From Argopecten irradians (taxonomy: Eukaryota): a DNA stretch of 64,000 nt. The notes beneath the pieces are model-generated. The model was not told where the DNA came from, made no database searches, and worked only from the letters and a program-made list of their open reading frames with translations. The first letter of the stretch is position 1. Every line of letters begins with the position of its first letter. The stretch lies in contig NC_091134.1 in the NCBI RefSeq assembly GCF_041381155.1, forward strand, positions 61,118,902 to 61,182,901, given 5' to 3'. Positions 10,310 to 23,700 of this stretch are shown one piece after another. The position numbers and the translations under genes were made by a program.

Positions 10310-13300
10310 GTTGTTCCTTTTCAGTTAAGACAAAAACAATTTAACTTCGCGCCATTTCTTGCTTATGATTTGACAATAAAGCACATGGATATCAAAATAC
10401 AATGTACAGTTTAGATTCCACTATGATCCTCCTCCGATAGATTGAATTAACGTGTAGCTTGGGGAAAGTTATCCACAGTTGATTGGTATGACGTTTGAGC
10501 GAATAAAAGTCAATATGATAATAAAACTCAAACATACGATGACTGGGGATGTAGAATGATATACACATTCAAATTTTATATCTAATAATTCTAATTTTTA
10601 TACTGTTATTTATGTACAAATTGTATACATACGTAAATGTCGTGAATATACTTGTTCTGGCAGATGTTGATATGTAATGACTATGATGAGAATAGGTCTT
10701 GAAATATCGATTCAGATGGATAAAGTAACACTGGAGATACAGGGGTGATGCTGTTCTCAAATGGGACATATACATGTATTAGGTTTCGCTATACACGTAG
10801 GTAGCATTAATTATACTGTATGTCCTTATTGGTTTTTGCTTAGGTAAACACTGTACTGTTTTCTAGTTGACGAATGAAGACGACGAAATACAACTTTGAT
10901 ACACGACGAAGAAAAACTTAAATCAAGATTTTATAGTTTGAAATTATCATTTTCCGTAAAACAAATAAACCATGTACTTCGTTACCATCTATGTGGTTAT
11001 GTACAGTACGAGGTCGATATTGTGACGATGAGTTCTGATATATCTGTGTACATTTAGTTGGATTGCGACTAAAATGTATAAAAGTCATCTTGTAGGCATG
11101 TTTTAATGATATTAAAGTGTTAGAAAATGTCTGCTTTTTGGATAGATATTTTCATAAAAATGACATTGTCTAGACCAGAGGGGGATATCAATATATAGGG
11201 CACTGGAATGGATCCTTGGGGAACTCCCGATTTGATTTCTATGGTATTACAAGAATATTAAAGGCCCATAACCTTTCCGGGCAAAAAATAAAGGTTTCTT
11301 AAAAAACATTAATAACGTCAGAAAATGCATACCGATGACCTAAGATAAGGTTACGACACCAAACATATGCAAGATTTCCTGCGTAATAAATGAAAACAGC
11401 GGAAAGGAAAGTCAATTCGCTGTTTTGCCGTCTGGCGCAGTGATAGTCAACTACCGCGTGGTATTTAGGACGACGGCGGGAAACATAATACGACCCGCGT
11501 TATGAAAATTAACATTTAAATTTATTTTAATCAAATCGTTCAGAAGGTGATGATCAATGTAGTATTAACGGTTAGTTAATACTTTTTAAGACTCTAAAAA
11601 ATTATCGATCTTGTTTTACATTCCCATTTTAAAAATTAAAAGCCATTTCGGAAAGGAAGTGGGCCTTTAACAAAAGTAATCTGATTAAAATACATATCCT
11701 TAGACAACCACTACGTTCAATAGAATACAGATCATTATAACCACCCTGACAACATTCCGTAAGGGGTCATGTTCTTATGATCTCTATACCACCTTTACTT
11801 CAAATCAAATACATTTCCTCACATTGCTACATCAGTTGAAAATGCCATTTCGTCCCAGTGTACATATACTATTAGCTTTCTTATGCTCTTTGGGCGAGAT
11901 GACTACGTACACGAAAATAATTATGGGAGGTTTTTTTAAACTATTTCGTCACCTGAAATTCACTTCAAGATTCTGCAGGTGGCAATTTGATTGTCCATTT
12001 CCAAAGGTCACCTGTACATGACCCCTAATGGGATGTTGTCAGATCCTCTTATCAAACGTAGTGATAATAATCAGATTGGAATAGAAGAAGTTGATAACAA
12101 TTTCAGAAGAGACATGTATGTAGTTTCATTTTCTGAAGTAATAGCTTATGATTGAATAGCAATATAAATTTATCAGAGACATAGATTATTTAATTTACTA
12201 TCTAAATCTCTGTACATTGTATATATAAAGATAATATTTGTGCAAACTTCTCAAACTGAAATTTAGTTCTTTACACGCAACCAATGAAGATTGTTGAGGT
12301 GTCGCGAATATCAAAATGTTCAAAATTTACCTTCGATAACGCCAAAATAAGCTAGGCCTACACCAATTTACACAGAATATGGTTTTCTCTCTACTACTGT
12401 TACTGAAGGATCGATATTTATTATACAATAAGAACCCTATATTTAACATAAAGTCCTCCTTCAAGTCAATATTTCATTAATTAAAATTAGCATTAAGGAT
12501 GTATTCTTCTGAGGTTTCAGTCCCGTTGAAGTCTCGTTTCAACATAGATCAAAGAAGTTATGAGATTTTCAAATATAATTTATCAGTATCTGTAGCAAGT
12601 TGCCAGATGCAAATTTTGTCAAAAAATTACATTTCTATTTTTAGTAGATTTTTTTATACGGGGATTTTAAGAAATGGCCCATTTGGCGGCCATTTTGAAA
12701 TTGTGTCTTTTTTCGCTTCAAATAGAGCAACAGTTTTACCATTTTTTACTGAAATTGTTTTTACTTAAATCATCACTGCGCCAGCATTTTTAGCTGTATT
12801 TAGCTAATTTTTGCTGTAAATCGTTACTAGGTTCGTAGTAATTAAAATATTGAGCATTAATATGTTAAACGATAGACTTTTGTGACTTTATTTTTATATT
12901 TAATGGTAATTTGGGAACTTTTATTTTTTACTCTAAAATACTGAAAAATAACAGAAATTCAAATGGGGCAAAAAAGTAAGCACACGGACCCCCAATTTTT
13001 CTTCCTGATTTAGAAAGAACAACTGTTTCCCTATTGATATGCAAAATAATAGCAAAAGTTTAATACCAAAACTTTTTCTATAAAGGGTTAAATTTGGCAA
13101 AAATGGCTGAAAATGGTGCATTTTGTAGCACAAAATTAAGGGGTAGGGGTAGCATATATTGTTATTCTGAGAAAAATATTAGTCTAATTGATCAAAACTG
13201 GTATATTTTTAAAGAAGACTACTAGAAAATGAATTCTACAAACATTCATACATATCAAACACCTCATTAGGAAATTATGGCTTTAATCTCTATCTTATAT

Positions 13301-14491
13301 GGTCAAAACGGCAAAATTCCCATAAAATCCAATATTTTGTCAACTAGGTGTCTTTGAGTGACAAAAGCTCAAAAACAAGCACACGGACATATGTTTTTTC
13401 TTCCATTTTCTTTTATGGTATGAACTCCTTTTTCCAAAATTCTATATGAGAGAAAAAGTTTGATACAAGAAATTTTTGACTTCTCAGAGGTGTACATCCT
13501 TAATCCTTGCATTAGCATGTCACAGATGTTTTATTTGTCTGATACATTCTTTGAATATTCGGTCTTTTTGAGCCTTGGAGTTCCTAGAATCAGATCTAGG
13601 CCTCCTTTCACAACAACATAAACACCAAAGTTCATTTTCTACTGTTTTAAGTGAAATCGTAAAGGAATATTGTCAGATGTGCAATATGAGGACTTAGTCT
13701 TAGTACGTAACCGTTGTGCCTGAACGAAAATTAAAAAGTCGCGGTTGTCTAACTTTTTATTGTCTATTTTTCACTTTCGTACATAGATGGTAGATCTTAT
13801 TAGAGTGATCTTGTATATATAAGCTTATACATATTATCATAAATGTATGTGCGTTCCATTTTCAAAAATAGTGATGGACTCATTTCTTGTGAGCATGTGG
13901 CTCGTGTTAAATCCCATGTCATTTCTAAAATTAGACAGGGAAGTCTCTTTCGCGCATGCGCATATATAATGTTTTGCTGCAGATATCGAGGATTTCAAGG
14001 TATGGCTTTTCATTTGGATTTCTAATTATACCACTTTGACAATGATATTTGGCAATGATATTATAATTAACGATCTCCACAGGTGAAACTTGTATTATCT
14101 ACAAACAGCTCTGTAATTAATGTCGGTGCATTAACCTGCAAGGCTCTGATTAGCTGGTTTGTTTACTTTTATGTCGGTGAGTTCGTGGTTCTTCCTGGTT
14201 AACTTTTCGCAGGTAAACAATGCAATGGTAGCTATTTAAACAAACGGTACTTCGACATTGATATTCTTTTATCAATACAGGCTAGGCCTAGTAGTAGTTA
14301 AAATATCTTATTTGTATGATGCACGGAGGGTCTATGTCCCGGGTCGTTTCGCCCCTCTAAGTTAGGGCCTTACTCCCAAAAAATAATGACCGGAAAATTA
14401 ACCTGCCAGGTAGGCCTACATATATCTATACAAATGCACAGTGCAGTATACCTACAGATCGTTAATTAATGTACAGTGCAGTATACCTAGA

Positions 14492-17230
14492 GGTATACAT
14501 ATATGGCAAGCCGTTTTGATATTTAATACATAATAGCTTCAGTTAAAAAGTTATTTAGCTTAAGTTAAAAAGATTTCAACTTAAGTTAAAAAGATTTCAA
14601 CTTAAGTTAAAAAGAATTCAACTTAAGTTAAAAAAACTTACATAATCAAACTTTTTTTAACTTAAGTTGAAATCTTTTCAGCTTAAGCTGAAATATTTTT
14701 AACTTAAGTTAAATAACGTGATAATGCAAAATACTCTTTTTCTAACTTAAGTTGAAAAGATTGTTGCACTATGATAATGCAAAAAGAATTTGTCTTAAAG
14801 CTGACAATGCAAGTTAAAAATTATTAAAATGATTTTTTTTTTAAAACAAGTATACTCGTTGTCCAAGAATCGTTTATGAGACATTCCCCAGTTGAGGACA
14901 GCCATTTTTGTTTTACATTCCGACGACTCACCGACCCCTTTATAAAACGCGTGAATCGACACACGTGCGCTCATTTGTGTACCCATACGCCTAGCAGTCC
15001 ACAGTATATATCACCTACAAATAGGTAAACAAATCCCTCACCTGTAAAACTATATGGGACTTTTGTTAGCAAGAAAACATGTCAACTCCTCTAAGCTGTC
15101 ATTTAGATGTTTCTCAAAATAAAATTCCAACGCAAGTGAATAGAAATCCAAACAATAATCCGTCCACATATCTCCACGTATATCATTGTACTCGATGCAC
15201 TCAACTGACCATGTACACGTGACTACGTACCTGACCCGGGCGAGCGACAACTATCAAGGACACACATGTGTCGATGTACATGTACGTGTAAAACTTGGTG
15301 TATATTGAAGTGTTTTATTAGTTCGTATTGGACATATGTTGGGATATAGCTGACAACACATTCATCTATTACATCAATGAAATATTGTCAGGTGAGTGCA
15401 GTGTTTATTTTCAATTTGACATTGTTATTTGCAATATCGGGGCATGTGTATCTGAGACAAGACATGTTTAGAATGACACACGTGTGTCAAGTGTCCCGTG
15501 CTTTATATAGGGGGTTGGCCAGTGAAGGTTACTAAGAAGAGCAAAAGAAAAATGGCTGCCACTTCCTTAGATACCACACTGTCATAACTAGGGGATGTCT
15601 CAGAAACAATTTTTGAAAAAAATATTTCGCTAATATATTTTTTTTTTAATTTCAAATGCATGTTTTTAACTTGCATTGTCAGCTTTAAGTTAGATTTCTC
15701 ATTTTTGCTTTAACACTTATTTTAACTTAAGTGTAAAAATATATCGATCGCACTTCCATCGAAATTGTGATCATGCAAAAAAGGTAAAGTCAACCGTAAA
15801 TCGCCTTTGGACTAGTCCAATATACTCATCCAATGAAAACACTCCATACATAACATCCAATCACATTACAGTTGCTGTTTCGAAACTGCTTTGCGTGCAA
15901 TGACAACTGCGTAACAAAATGGCAGCCCTCGCCCTCAATATTTATATGCTGAGTACCCATTGCACGTTGCATTTTTCTGTTAATTGTTAAGTAAAATATT
16001 TATTTAGCACATTCTCCTGTTGCTCATCTAAAAAATTGCATTTGTTAAAAAGTCAAATTAGACCAGCTACAATTAATCACAACCAAGCTGAAAAGTTTTT
16101 TTAACTTAATAAGCTGAAAAGTTTTCTTTTTACTTAAGTAGTAAAGTTTTTTTAACTTAAGTAGAAAAGTTTTTTTTATTTAAGCTGAAAAGTTTTTTCA
16201 ACTTAAGTAGAAAAGTTTTTTTAACTTAAGCTGAAAAGTTTTTTCAACTTAAGTAGAAAAGTTTTTTTAACTTCAGTAGAAATTTTTTTAACTTCAGTAG
16301 AAATTTTTTTTAACTTAAGCTGAAAAGTTTTTTTAACTTTAGTAGAAAAGTTTTTAACTTAAGCTGAAAAGTTTTTTTTAACTTAAGCTGAAAAGTTTTT
16401 TTAACTTAAGTAGAAAAGTTTTTTAACGTAAGCTGAAAAGTTTTTTCAACTTAAGAAGAAAAGTTTTTTTAACTTAAGCTGAAAAGTTTTTTTTAACTTC
16501 AGCTGAAAAGTTTTTTTAACTTAAGTAAAAAAGTTTTTTTAACTTAAGTAGAAAAGGTTTTTTTAACTTAAGCTGAAAAGTTTTTTTTAACTTAAGCTGA
16601 AAAGTTTTTTTTACTTAAGTAGAAAAGTTTATATATATACCAGGTTTTTTTAACGAAAAATTATTCGTAAGGCATTATTCAAATCCAGCACCTTTATTTT
16701 CTTACTAGCAAAGTGGCTATCTTGAAAAATAATGGAAGGCGCCATATTTACAATGTCTTCTAGACGGAAAACATATCTTGTTGGGGTTACCTTGAAGTAG
16801 TTGATTTGATACCATTCAAATATTAATCTGAATTGCTGATAGCACGTCGTCGGCCATTTTGTTTTATGCAATATGGCTGTTCAAGCTTGTCGGGAACACG
16901 TACAAATGGACTAGCCTAACCCATTATAAATATAAGGGGATGTCAGGTAGAATATTGGAAATATGATTTACTTATCTACAACCAGATTTTTTTAGCTTAA
17001 GTTGAATAAGGTTTATTTGCATTGTCACTTTTTTCAGTTTAAGTCAAAAAGATTTCAACTTAAGTCAAAAAGATTTTTTTTGACTTAAGTGAAAAAAAGT
17101 GATAATGCAAAAAAACTTTTTTTAACTTAAGTTGAAATCTTTTTAGCTTAAACTAAAATCTTTTTAACTTAAGCTAAATAACTTTTTAACTTAAGCTATT
17201 ATGTATTAAATATCAAAACGGCTTGCCATA
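14492..17230. mobile_element. ~2.74-kb non-autonomous DNA-transposon-like element with long (~230 bp) terminal inverted repeats. The TIRs are themselves built from a 22-bp AACTTAAGYTGAAAAG(T)n minisatellite. An internal 16080-16640 array of the same minisatellite is present.
   Basis: Left end tatggcaagccgttttgatatttaatacataatagctt... is matched by the reverse complement of the right end ...aagctattatgtattaaatatcaaaacggcttgccata. The match extends through the minisatellite blocks. No transposase ORF is visible. Target site duplication is unresolved. Confidence 0.6.
16080..16640. repeat. 22-bp minisatellite (aacttaagctgaaaagtttttt), ~25 copies, internal to the long-TIR element.
   Basis: Direct tandem repeat. 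The same unit in opposite orientation lies at 14530-14760 and 16990-17190. Confidence 0.85.
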
Positions 17231-17787
17231 TTAAAGTCACATATGTGTTGGCTTATGTGCATATGCATATACCTATGTGTGTAGTAATCATTATGTCAGT
17301 AATAATTGTTCACAGTTTTAGATAACACATTTGTTGTAATTAATTAGTACCCGTCAAATTACAAAATAAATTAACATAGTGTGAAAAAAGTCAGCCATAT
17401 TCAAACACTTTTCGTACTCGTGGCATATCGATCTGTCACAGTATGGGATTCACAAGACTCACTAGTGATTATACACATTCCATATGACATGTAATATATT
17501 ATGGAATACAATGGGATGTAAGCATTACCGTGTTGAAAAAAATTGTTTAATTCATAAAATGGAGGGGGGGGGGGGGGGTTGGCATTTATATAATTTCAAC
17601 TCCTTTATCAGAAGAGGGTGTGTGTATAAGGATTAGGGAAGGGATGCTTATACATGAAATTATGACGAATATGCACCATTGCATGTGTTTTTAAGCTTTG
17701 ACTTCATTGAAATCAATAAGGTTAAACACTTCAAATAAAAAATCATTTGTACCCGGAAATAAATTATACGTTGTAGTATGTTAAACC

Positions 17788-18738
17788 TAGTCCGCTAAAC
17801 CTGCCTATATTATTAGGCTCTTTTTTTTTTATTATTTTTTTTTTTTTTTTTGCCTAATATATAGTCAGCTCGCGGTACCTCTTAAAAATGTGAAATCGTA
17901 GGCCAGATTTGGCCTACGCTACGTCAGCGGCATATTTCTAATATATCGTCCATGCAATGCCGGGAAAACGTACACATACCTTTATATTGGGATCTTATGT
18001 ACTCCTTTGCCCCCATGTTACATCCCATTTATGAAATTAAACAACTGTGTACAATGAAATACTTCCAAGACCCTTCTATTTCACACATTTGTAATGGCCG
18101 CCGTATACACATTTAGTAGAGCAAACGGCAGCCAATCAACTTCGCTTCCGGTTTTATTTTTAAATATCCACGTGTAGTTGAAAGATAAACAAAATTCTAC
18201 CGTGTATATGCTACATGTATATGCAACGTGAATATCGCGAAAGTTATGCGGTGCCAGCAATAGTCGTGTTCAATTTGAATATTTGACAACATGCCGTGTA
18301 TGTCGACCATGATTTTACTTTAAAAACTCTAACTGGCTAGCATTTTGTTTATCTTTCAACTACACGTGGTTTTTTAAAAATAAAACCGGAAGCGAAGTTG
18401 ATTGGCTGCCGTTTGCTCTACTAAATGTGTATACGGCGGCCATTACAAATGTGTGAAATAGAAGGGTCTTGGAAGTATTTCATTGTACACAGTTGTTTAA
18501 TTTCATAAATGGGATGTAACATGGGGGCAAAGGAGTACATAAGATCCCAATATAAAGGTATGTGTACGTTTTCCCGGCATTGCATGGACGATATATTAGA
18601 AATATGCCGCTGACGTAGCGTAGGCCAAATCTGGCCTACGATTTCACATTTTTAAGAGATACCGCGAGCTGACTATATATTAGGCAAAAAATTTTTTTAA
18701 AAAAAAGCCTAATAATATAGGCAGGTTTAGCGGACTAC
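17788..18738. mobile_element. hAT-like foldback / long-TIR non-autonomous element (~950 bp). It has ~415-bp arms at >95% identity and a ~140-bp central loop, flanked by 8-bp direct repeats GTTAAACC.
   Basis: Left arm 17788-~18204 is matched by the reverse complement of ~18344-18738. The termini are TAGTCCGC...GCGGACTA. GTTAAACC is at 17780-17787 and 18739-18746. Confidence 0.6.
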
Positions 18739-19208
18739 GTTAAACCCTCCTATATCAACTACAAAATATGTACACAATACACTTGTATTTACCAGGTTTT
18801 AGATACAGAATGAGCTGAATAAAAAATAGCTTCAAACACAGGTGTCTGACTTGTTTCACAAAAATATGTGTAAGTATATAAACTTGTTTAGTTCATATAT
18901 AATGAATAAAGTACTACATGATATTTTTGCGAAACCATTAAGCCAGATGCACCTAAAAGTCACCTATATATTACATAGATCAATGGGTGTCTGTATTCAG
19001 TAATAATTCATATGAACCTAAATAGCACATTTGAATTAACATATCTTTTCTTTTATTATCTTCCAGTTTCCCTTTCCAATGCCTTCTATGTCAAGATGAG
19101 GAACACAATTTTCTTCATATATATTAAGTATTAAGCTAGAGTAAAGACAACTTGAAGTACCCAATACACCAAACAGAAGAGCCCTTAGGTCATAATTATC
19201 ACCGTACC

Positions 19209-19340
19209 ATGGCAACAGTATTTGGAGGCTGTCATGTTGTCCTTGACCTGACAACAAGTGTTAGCTTTAAAAGGAAACAGGAAATCCGTAAGAAGATCAC
19301 AGAAAATGACGGTGTTGTCTCCTATATTGTGACAAAAAAG
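19209..19340 (+). CDS. PARP4: PARP4 (vault PARP) exon 1 with the start codon: MATVFGGCHVVLDLTTSVSFKRKQEIRKKITENDGVVSYIVTKK. This is the N-terminal BRCT domain.
   Basis: ATG in a good Kozak context (accATGG) and the first in-frame ATG. It aligns to human PARP4 MVMGIFANCIFCLKVKYLPQQQKKKLQTDIKENGGKFSFSL. The donor is AAG|gtaagt. Confidence 0.75.
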
Positions 19341-19772
19341 GTAAGTACCAAAGTTTCTTCATTGATGACAAGGTAACAACAGAAGATGTAATACTGTATA
19401 CATGTACCTGTTTTTTTTTTACAGGTCAAGATTTCTGCGATTGTAATCATAAACAAAAACAAAACAAAATATTAAAAATTACAGCGGTTGAAAATTTTTG
19501 CTTCCTGACTCTAAGGGTATGATTAATTCATTTCTCAATGTTTTCCTGATCCAATTTTTGCTATCTTAGCAATGACCTGTAAAAATTGAGAAAATATCAT
19601 CACCCCGAAATTGATGGTTTTAGGTAGAAATTGTTTGTGTGAATTTTTATGTTACAATATGGTTTTATAATGACAAAATTGATATCACACCAAAAATTAA
19701 CAGAACAGACTAAAAATCATTTTAAGGTGTGCTGTTTTAACTGTTTTATGTTTACATGTATTATTCCTATAG

Positions 19773-19971
19773 AGTACCCATGTTATCTGCAATGACCCCG
19801 CTAAAGCAGATATTAGCTACAAATGTAAAATGGCCCAGAAGTATGGCATTCCAGTTGTATCTGTCAACTTCTTGTATGACTGTGTGGAGAAAGGGAGACT
19901 ACTCAGTACCGATGACTACCTGGTTATCGGCAAAACAAAGTCTCAGAAACTCAAATCCGGTAGAATTGCAG
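19773..19971 (+). CDS. PARP4: PARP4 exon 2 (rest of the BRCT domain), ending in phase 1: STHVICNDPAKADISYKCKMAQKYGIPVVSVNFLYDCVEKGRLLSTDDYLVIGKTKSQKLKSGRIA.
   Basis: Acceptor tcctatag|AGT and donor CAG|gtaaat. It aligns to human THIILDNADVLSQYQLNSIQKNHVHIANPDFIWKSIREKRLLDVKNY. The overlapping ORF-track frame (19756..) is a different, non-homologous frame. Confidence 0.8.
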
Positions 19972-20134
19972 GTAAATAATCATTAATCATTGTTTTATTT
20001 TGATATTGCAAATTCATGATAACGTACCTTTTAAAATTGTGTTAAAAGTGGTTGTGTAATTAGCAACATCCCCCCCTCCTGCTTGCGCAATTTTCCATGT
20101 TAAGGTAAACTTGATTTGGATGATTTTTTTTTAG

Positions 20135-20274
20135 CTACAAAGTATCAGATTCTTGGTAAAAGGAAAAAGTCCTCCTTCTATCCTGGGGGAGCTAAAGCTT
20201 GGCCGCTACACGAAAAACACACCCCAACATTCAATCATACTAAGTACCAAGTGGCAAAATATGCCTTACTTAAG
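20135..20274 (+). CDS. PARP4: PARP4 exon 3: (A)TKYQILGKRKKSSFYPGGAKAWPLHEKHTPTFNHTKYQVAKYALLK.
   Basis: Acceptor ttttttag|CT and donor AAG|gtaagt. The phase is consistent. YQVAKYALLK matches human FEVAKYNTLEK. Confidence 0.7.
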
Positions 20275-20769
20275 GTAAGTGTACAAAAATCACAATATAC
20301 GGCAAAGAGATATCATGATAGATAAAAAATAAAATCATGATGAAAAAAAATTAATGATAAACTTGACGTATCAAAAAGTAACATAATCTGATAATAAATC
20401 AGAGTTAATTTATGATATTATACATTCAGAATGTTAATGAAGCAAATTAATGTATCCAGCTAAAATATTTCAAAAATATTTTTAATCACCCCAAGGATTG
20501 GATGTAATACCTACTAAAATGCTCTACATTTACATTTGGATCAAGTAAGTAATTATGTTTATGTGAAGTCAAACTCTGGTTTGGGCTTGGCATATTGCAT
20601 TAGAAATTATTGCTAAGAAATTGTACTGATATTATTAGCTCACCTGCCCGAAGGGCAAGTGAGCTTATGCTATGGTGCAGCGTCCAGCGTCTGTCCGTCG
20701 TCCGGCCGTCCGTCCGTCTGTCCGGCCGTCCGGCGACAACTTTTCCATTTAAACAATTTCTTCTCCAAA

Positions 20770-23700
20770 ACTTGGAGACCTAGAGTCCTGAAATTTGACT
20801 TATAGCATGCTGGGATCAAGGGCTACCAATTTTGTTCGAATGAATGACCTCGACCTTCCTTCAAGGTCACAGGGGTCAAATAGGCTGAAATATCTTGTTA
20901 AGACTTCTGCTTCATAACCAAGAGGCCTAGAGACCTGATACTTGGCATGTAACATGTTGGGATGAAGGGCTACCAAGCTTGTTTCATTCAAGGTCACGGG
21001 GGTCAAATAGGCTAAAATCTTTAAACAACTTCTTCTTAATAACCAAGAGACCTAGGGACCTGATATCAGGCCTGTGACATGCTGGGATCAAGGGCTACCA
21101 AGTTTGTTCAAATGAATGACCTTGACCTTCATTCAAGGTCACAGGGGTCAAAAAGGCTAAAATCTTTAAACGACTTCTTCTTAATAACCAAGAGGCCTAG
21201 GGACCTGATATTAGGCCTGAGGCATGCTGGGATCAAGGGCTACCAAGTTTGTTCAAATGAATGACCTTGACCATCATTCAAGGTCACAGGGGTCAAAAAA
21301 GGCTAAAATCTTTTAAAGATTTCTTCTTAATAACCAAAGAGCCTAGGAACCTGATATTAGGCCTGTGACATACTTGGATCAAGGGCTACCAAGTTTGTTC
21401 AAATGAATGACCTTGACCCTCATTCAAGGTCACAGGGGTCAAAAAGGCTTAAATCTTTAAACGACTTCTTCTTAATAACCAAGAGGCCTAGGGACCTGAT
21501 ATCAGGCCTGTGACATGCTGGGATCAAGGGCTACCAAGTTTTGTTCAAATGAATGACCTTGACCTTCATTCAAGGTCACAGGGTAAAAAAGGCTAAAATC
21601 TTTAAAGGACTTCTTCTTTATAACCAAGAGGCCTAGGGACCTGATATTGGGCCTGAGGCATGCTGGGATCAAGGGCTAACAAGTTTGTTCAAATGAATGA
21701 CCTTGATCTTCATTCAAAGTCACAGGGGTCAAAAAGGCTTAAATCTTTAAACGACTTCTTCTTAATAACCAAGAGGCCTAGGGACCTGATATCAGGCCTG
21801 TGACATGCTGGGATCAAGGGCTACCAACTTTGTTCAAATGAATGACCTTGACCTTCATTCAAGGTCACAGGGGTAAAAAAGGCTAAAATCTCTAAACGAT
21901 TCTTCTTAATAACCAAGAGGCCTAGGGACCTGATATTGGGCCTGAGGCATGCTGGGATCAAGGGCTACCAAGTTTGTTCAAATGAATGACCTTGATCTTC
22001 ATTCAAAGTCACAGGGGTCAAAAAGGTTAAAATCTTTAAACGACTTCTTCTTAATAACCAAGAGGCCTAGGGACCTGATATTAGGCCTGTGACATGCTGG
22101 GATCAAGGGCTACCAAGTTTGTTCAAATGAATGACCTTGACCATCATTCAAGGTCACAGGGGTCAAAAAAGGCTAAAATCTTTTAAAGATTTCTTCTAAA
22201 TAACCAAAGAGCCTAGGAACCTGATATTAGGCCTGTGACATACTTGGATCAAGGGCTACCAAGTTTGTTCAAATGAATGACCTTGACCCTCATTCAAGGT
22301 CACAGGGGTCAAAAAGGCTTAAATCTTTAAACGACTTCTTCTTAATAACCAAGAGGCCTAGGGACCTGATATCAGGCCTGTGACATGCTGGGATCAAGGG
22401 CTACCAAGTTTTGTTCAAATGAATGACCTTGACCTTCATTCAAGGTCACAGGGTAAAAAAGGCTAAAATCTTTAAAGGACTTCTTCTTTATAACCAAGAG
22501 GCCTAGGGACCTGATATTGGGCCTGAGGCATGCTGGGATCAAGGGCTAACAGGGGTCAAAAAGGTTAAAATCTTTAAACGACTTCTTCTTAATAACCAAG
22601 AGGCCTAAAGACCTGATATTAGGCCTGTGACATGCTGGGATCAAGGGCTACCAAGTTTGTTCAAATGAATGACCTTGACCTTCATTCAAGGTCACAGGGG
22701 TCAAAAATGCTAAAATCGTTAAACAATTTCTTTTTAATAACCAAAGAGACTAGGAACCTGATATTAAGCCTTTGACATACTGGGATCAAGCTACAAAGTT
22801 TGTGCAAATGAATGACCTTGACCTTCATTCAAGGTCACAGGGGTCAAAAAGGCTAAAATCTTTAAATGACTTCTTCTTAATAACCAAGAGGCCTAGGGAC
22901 CTGATATCAGGCCTGTGACATGCTGGGATCAAGGGCTACCAAGTTTGTTCAAATGAATGACCTTGACCTTCATTCAAGGTCACAGGGGTCAAAAAGGCTA
23001 AAATCTTTAAACGATTTCTTCTTAATAACCAAAGAGCCTAGGAACCTGATATTAAGCCTGTGACATACTGGGATCAAGGGCTACAAAGTTTGTTCAAATG
23101 AATGACCTTGACCTTCATTCAAGGTCACAGGGGTCAAAAAGGCTAAAATCTTTAAATGACTTCTTCTTTATAACCAAGAAGCCTAGGGACCTGATATTGG
23201 GCATGTGACATGCTGGGATCAAGGGCTACCAAGTTTGTTCAAATGAATGACCTTGACCTTCATTCAAGGTCACAGGGGTCAAAAAGTCTAAAATCTTTAA
23301 ACGACTTCTTCTTAATAACCAAGAGGCCTAGGGACCTGATATTGGGCCTGAGGCATGCTGGGATAAAGGGCTACCAAGTTTGTTCAAATGAATGACCTTG
23401 ATCTGCATTCAAGGCTAAAATCTTTAAACAGTTTCTTCTTAATAACCAGACAGCCTAGGGACCTGGTATTGGGCCTGTGGCATGATGAAATCAAGGGCTA
23501 CCAAGTTTGTTCAAATGAATGACCTTGATCTTCATTCAAGGTTACAGGGATAAAAAAAGGCTTAAATCTTTAAACGACTTCTTCTTAATAACAAAACAGC
23601 CTAGGGACCTGATATTAAGCCTGTGACATACTGGGATCAAGGGCTACAAAGTTTGTTCAAATGAATGACCTTGACCTTCATTCAAGGTCACAGGGGTCAA

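Noticed and set aside
11380-11520. GC/CpG-rich patch with a TGGCGCAGTGATAG motif, considered as a tRNA or tRNA-derived SINE.
   Set aside because: No cloverleaf can be drawn. No B-box (GGTTCGANNCC) or T-arm, and no polyA or tandem tail.
19152-19208. Upstream extension of the PARP4 ORF (MKYPIHQTEEPLGHNYHRT) given by the ORF track.
   Set aside because: It starts at TTG, not ATG. The first in-frame ATG is at 19209 in a strong Kozak context and aligns with the PARP4 N-terminus.
19756-19986. Alternative open frame across PARP4 exon 2 (MYYSYRVPMLSAMTPLKQ...).
   Set aside because: Only the +1-shifted frame (STHVICNDPAKADISYKC...) aligns to the PARP4 BRCT domain and is phase-compatible with exons 1 and 3.
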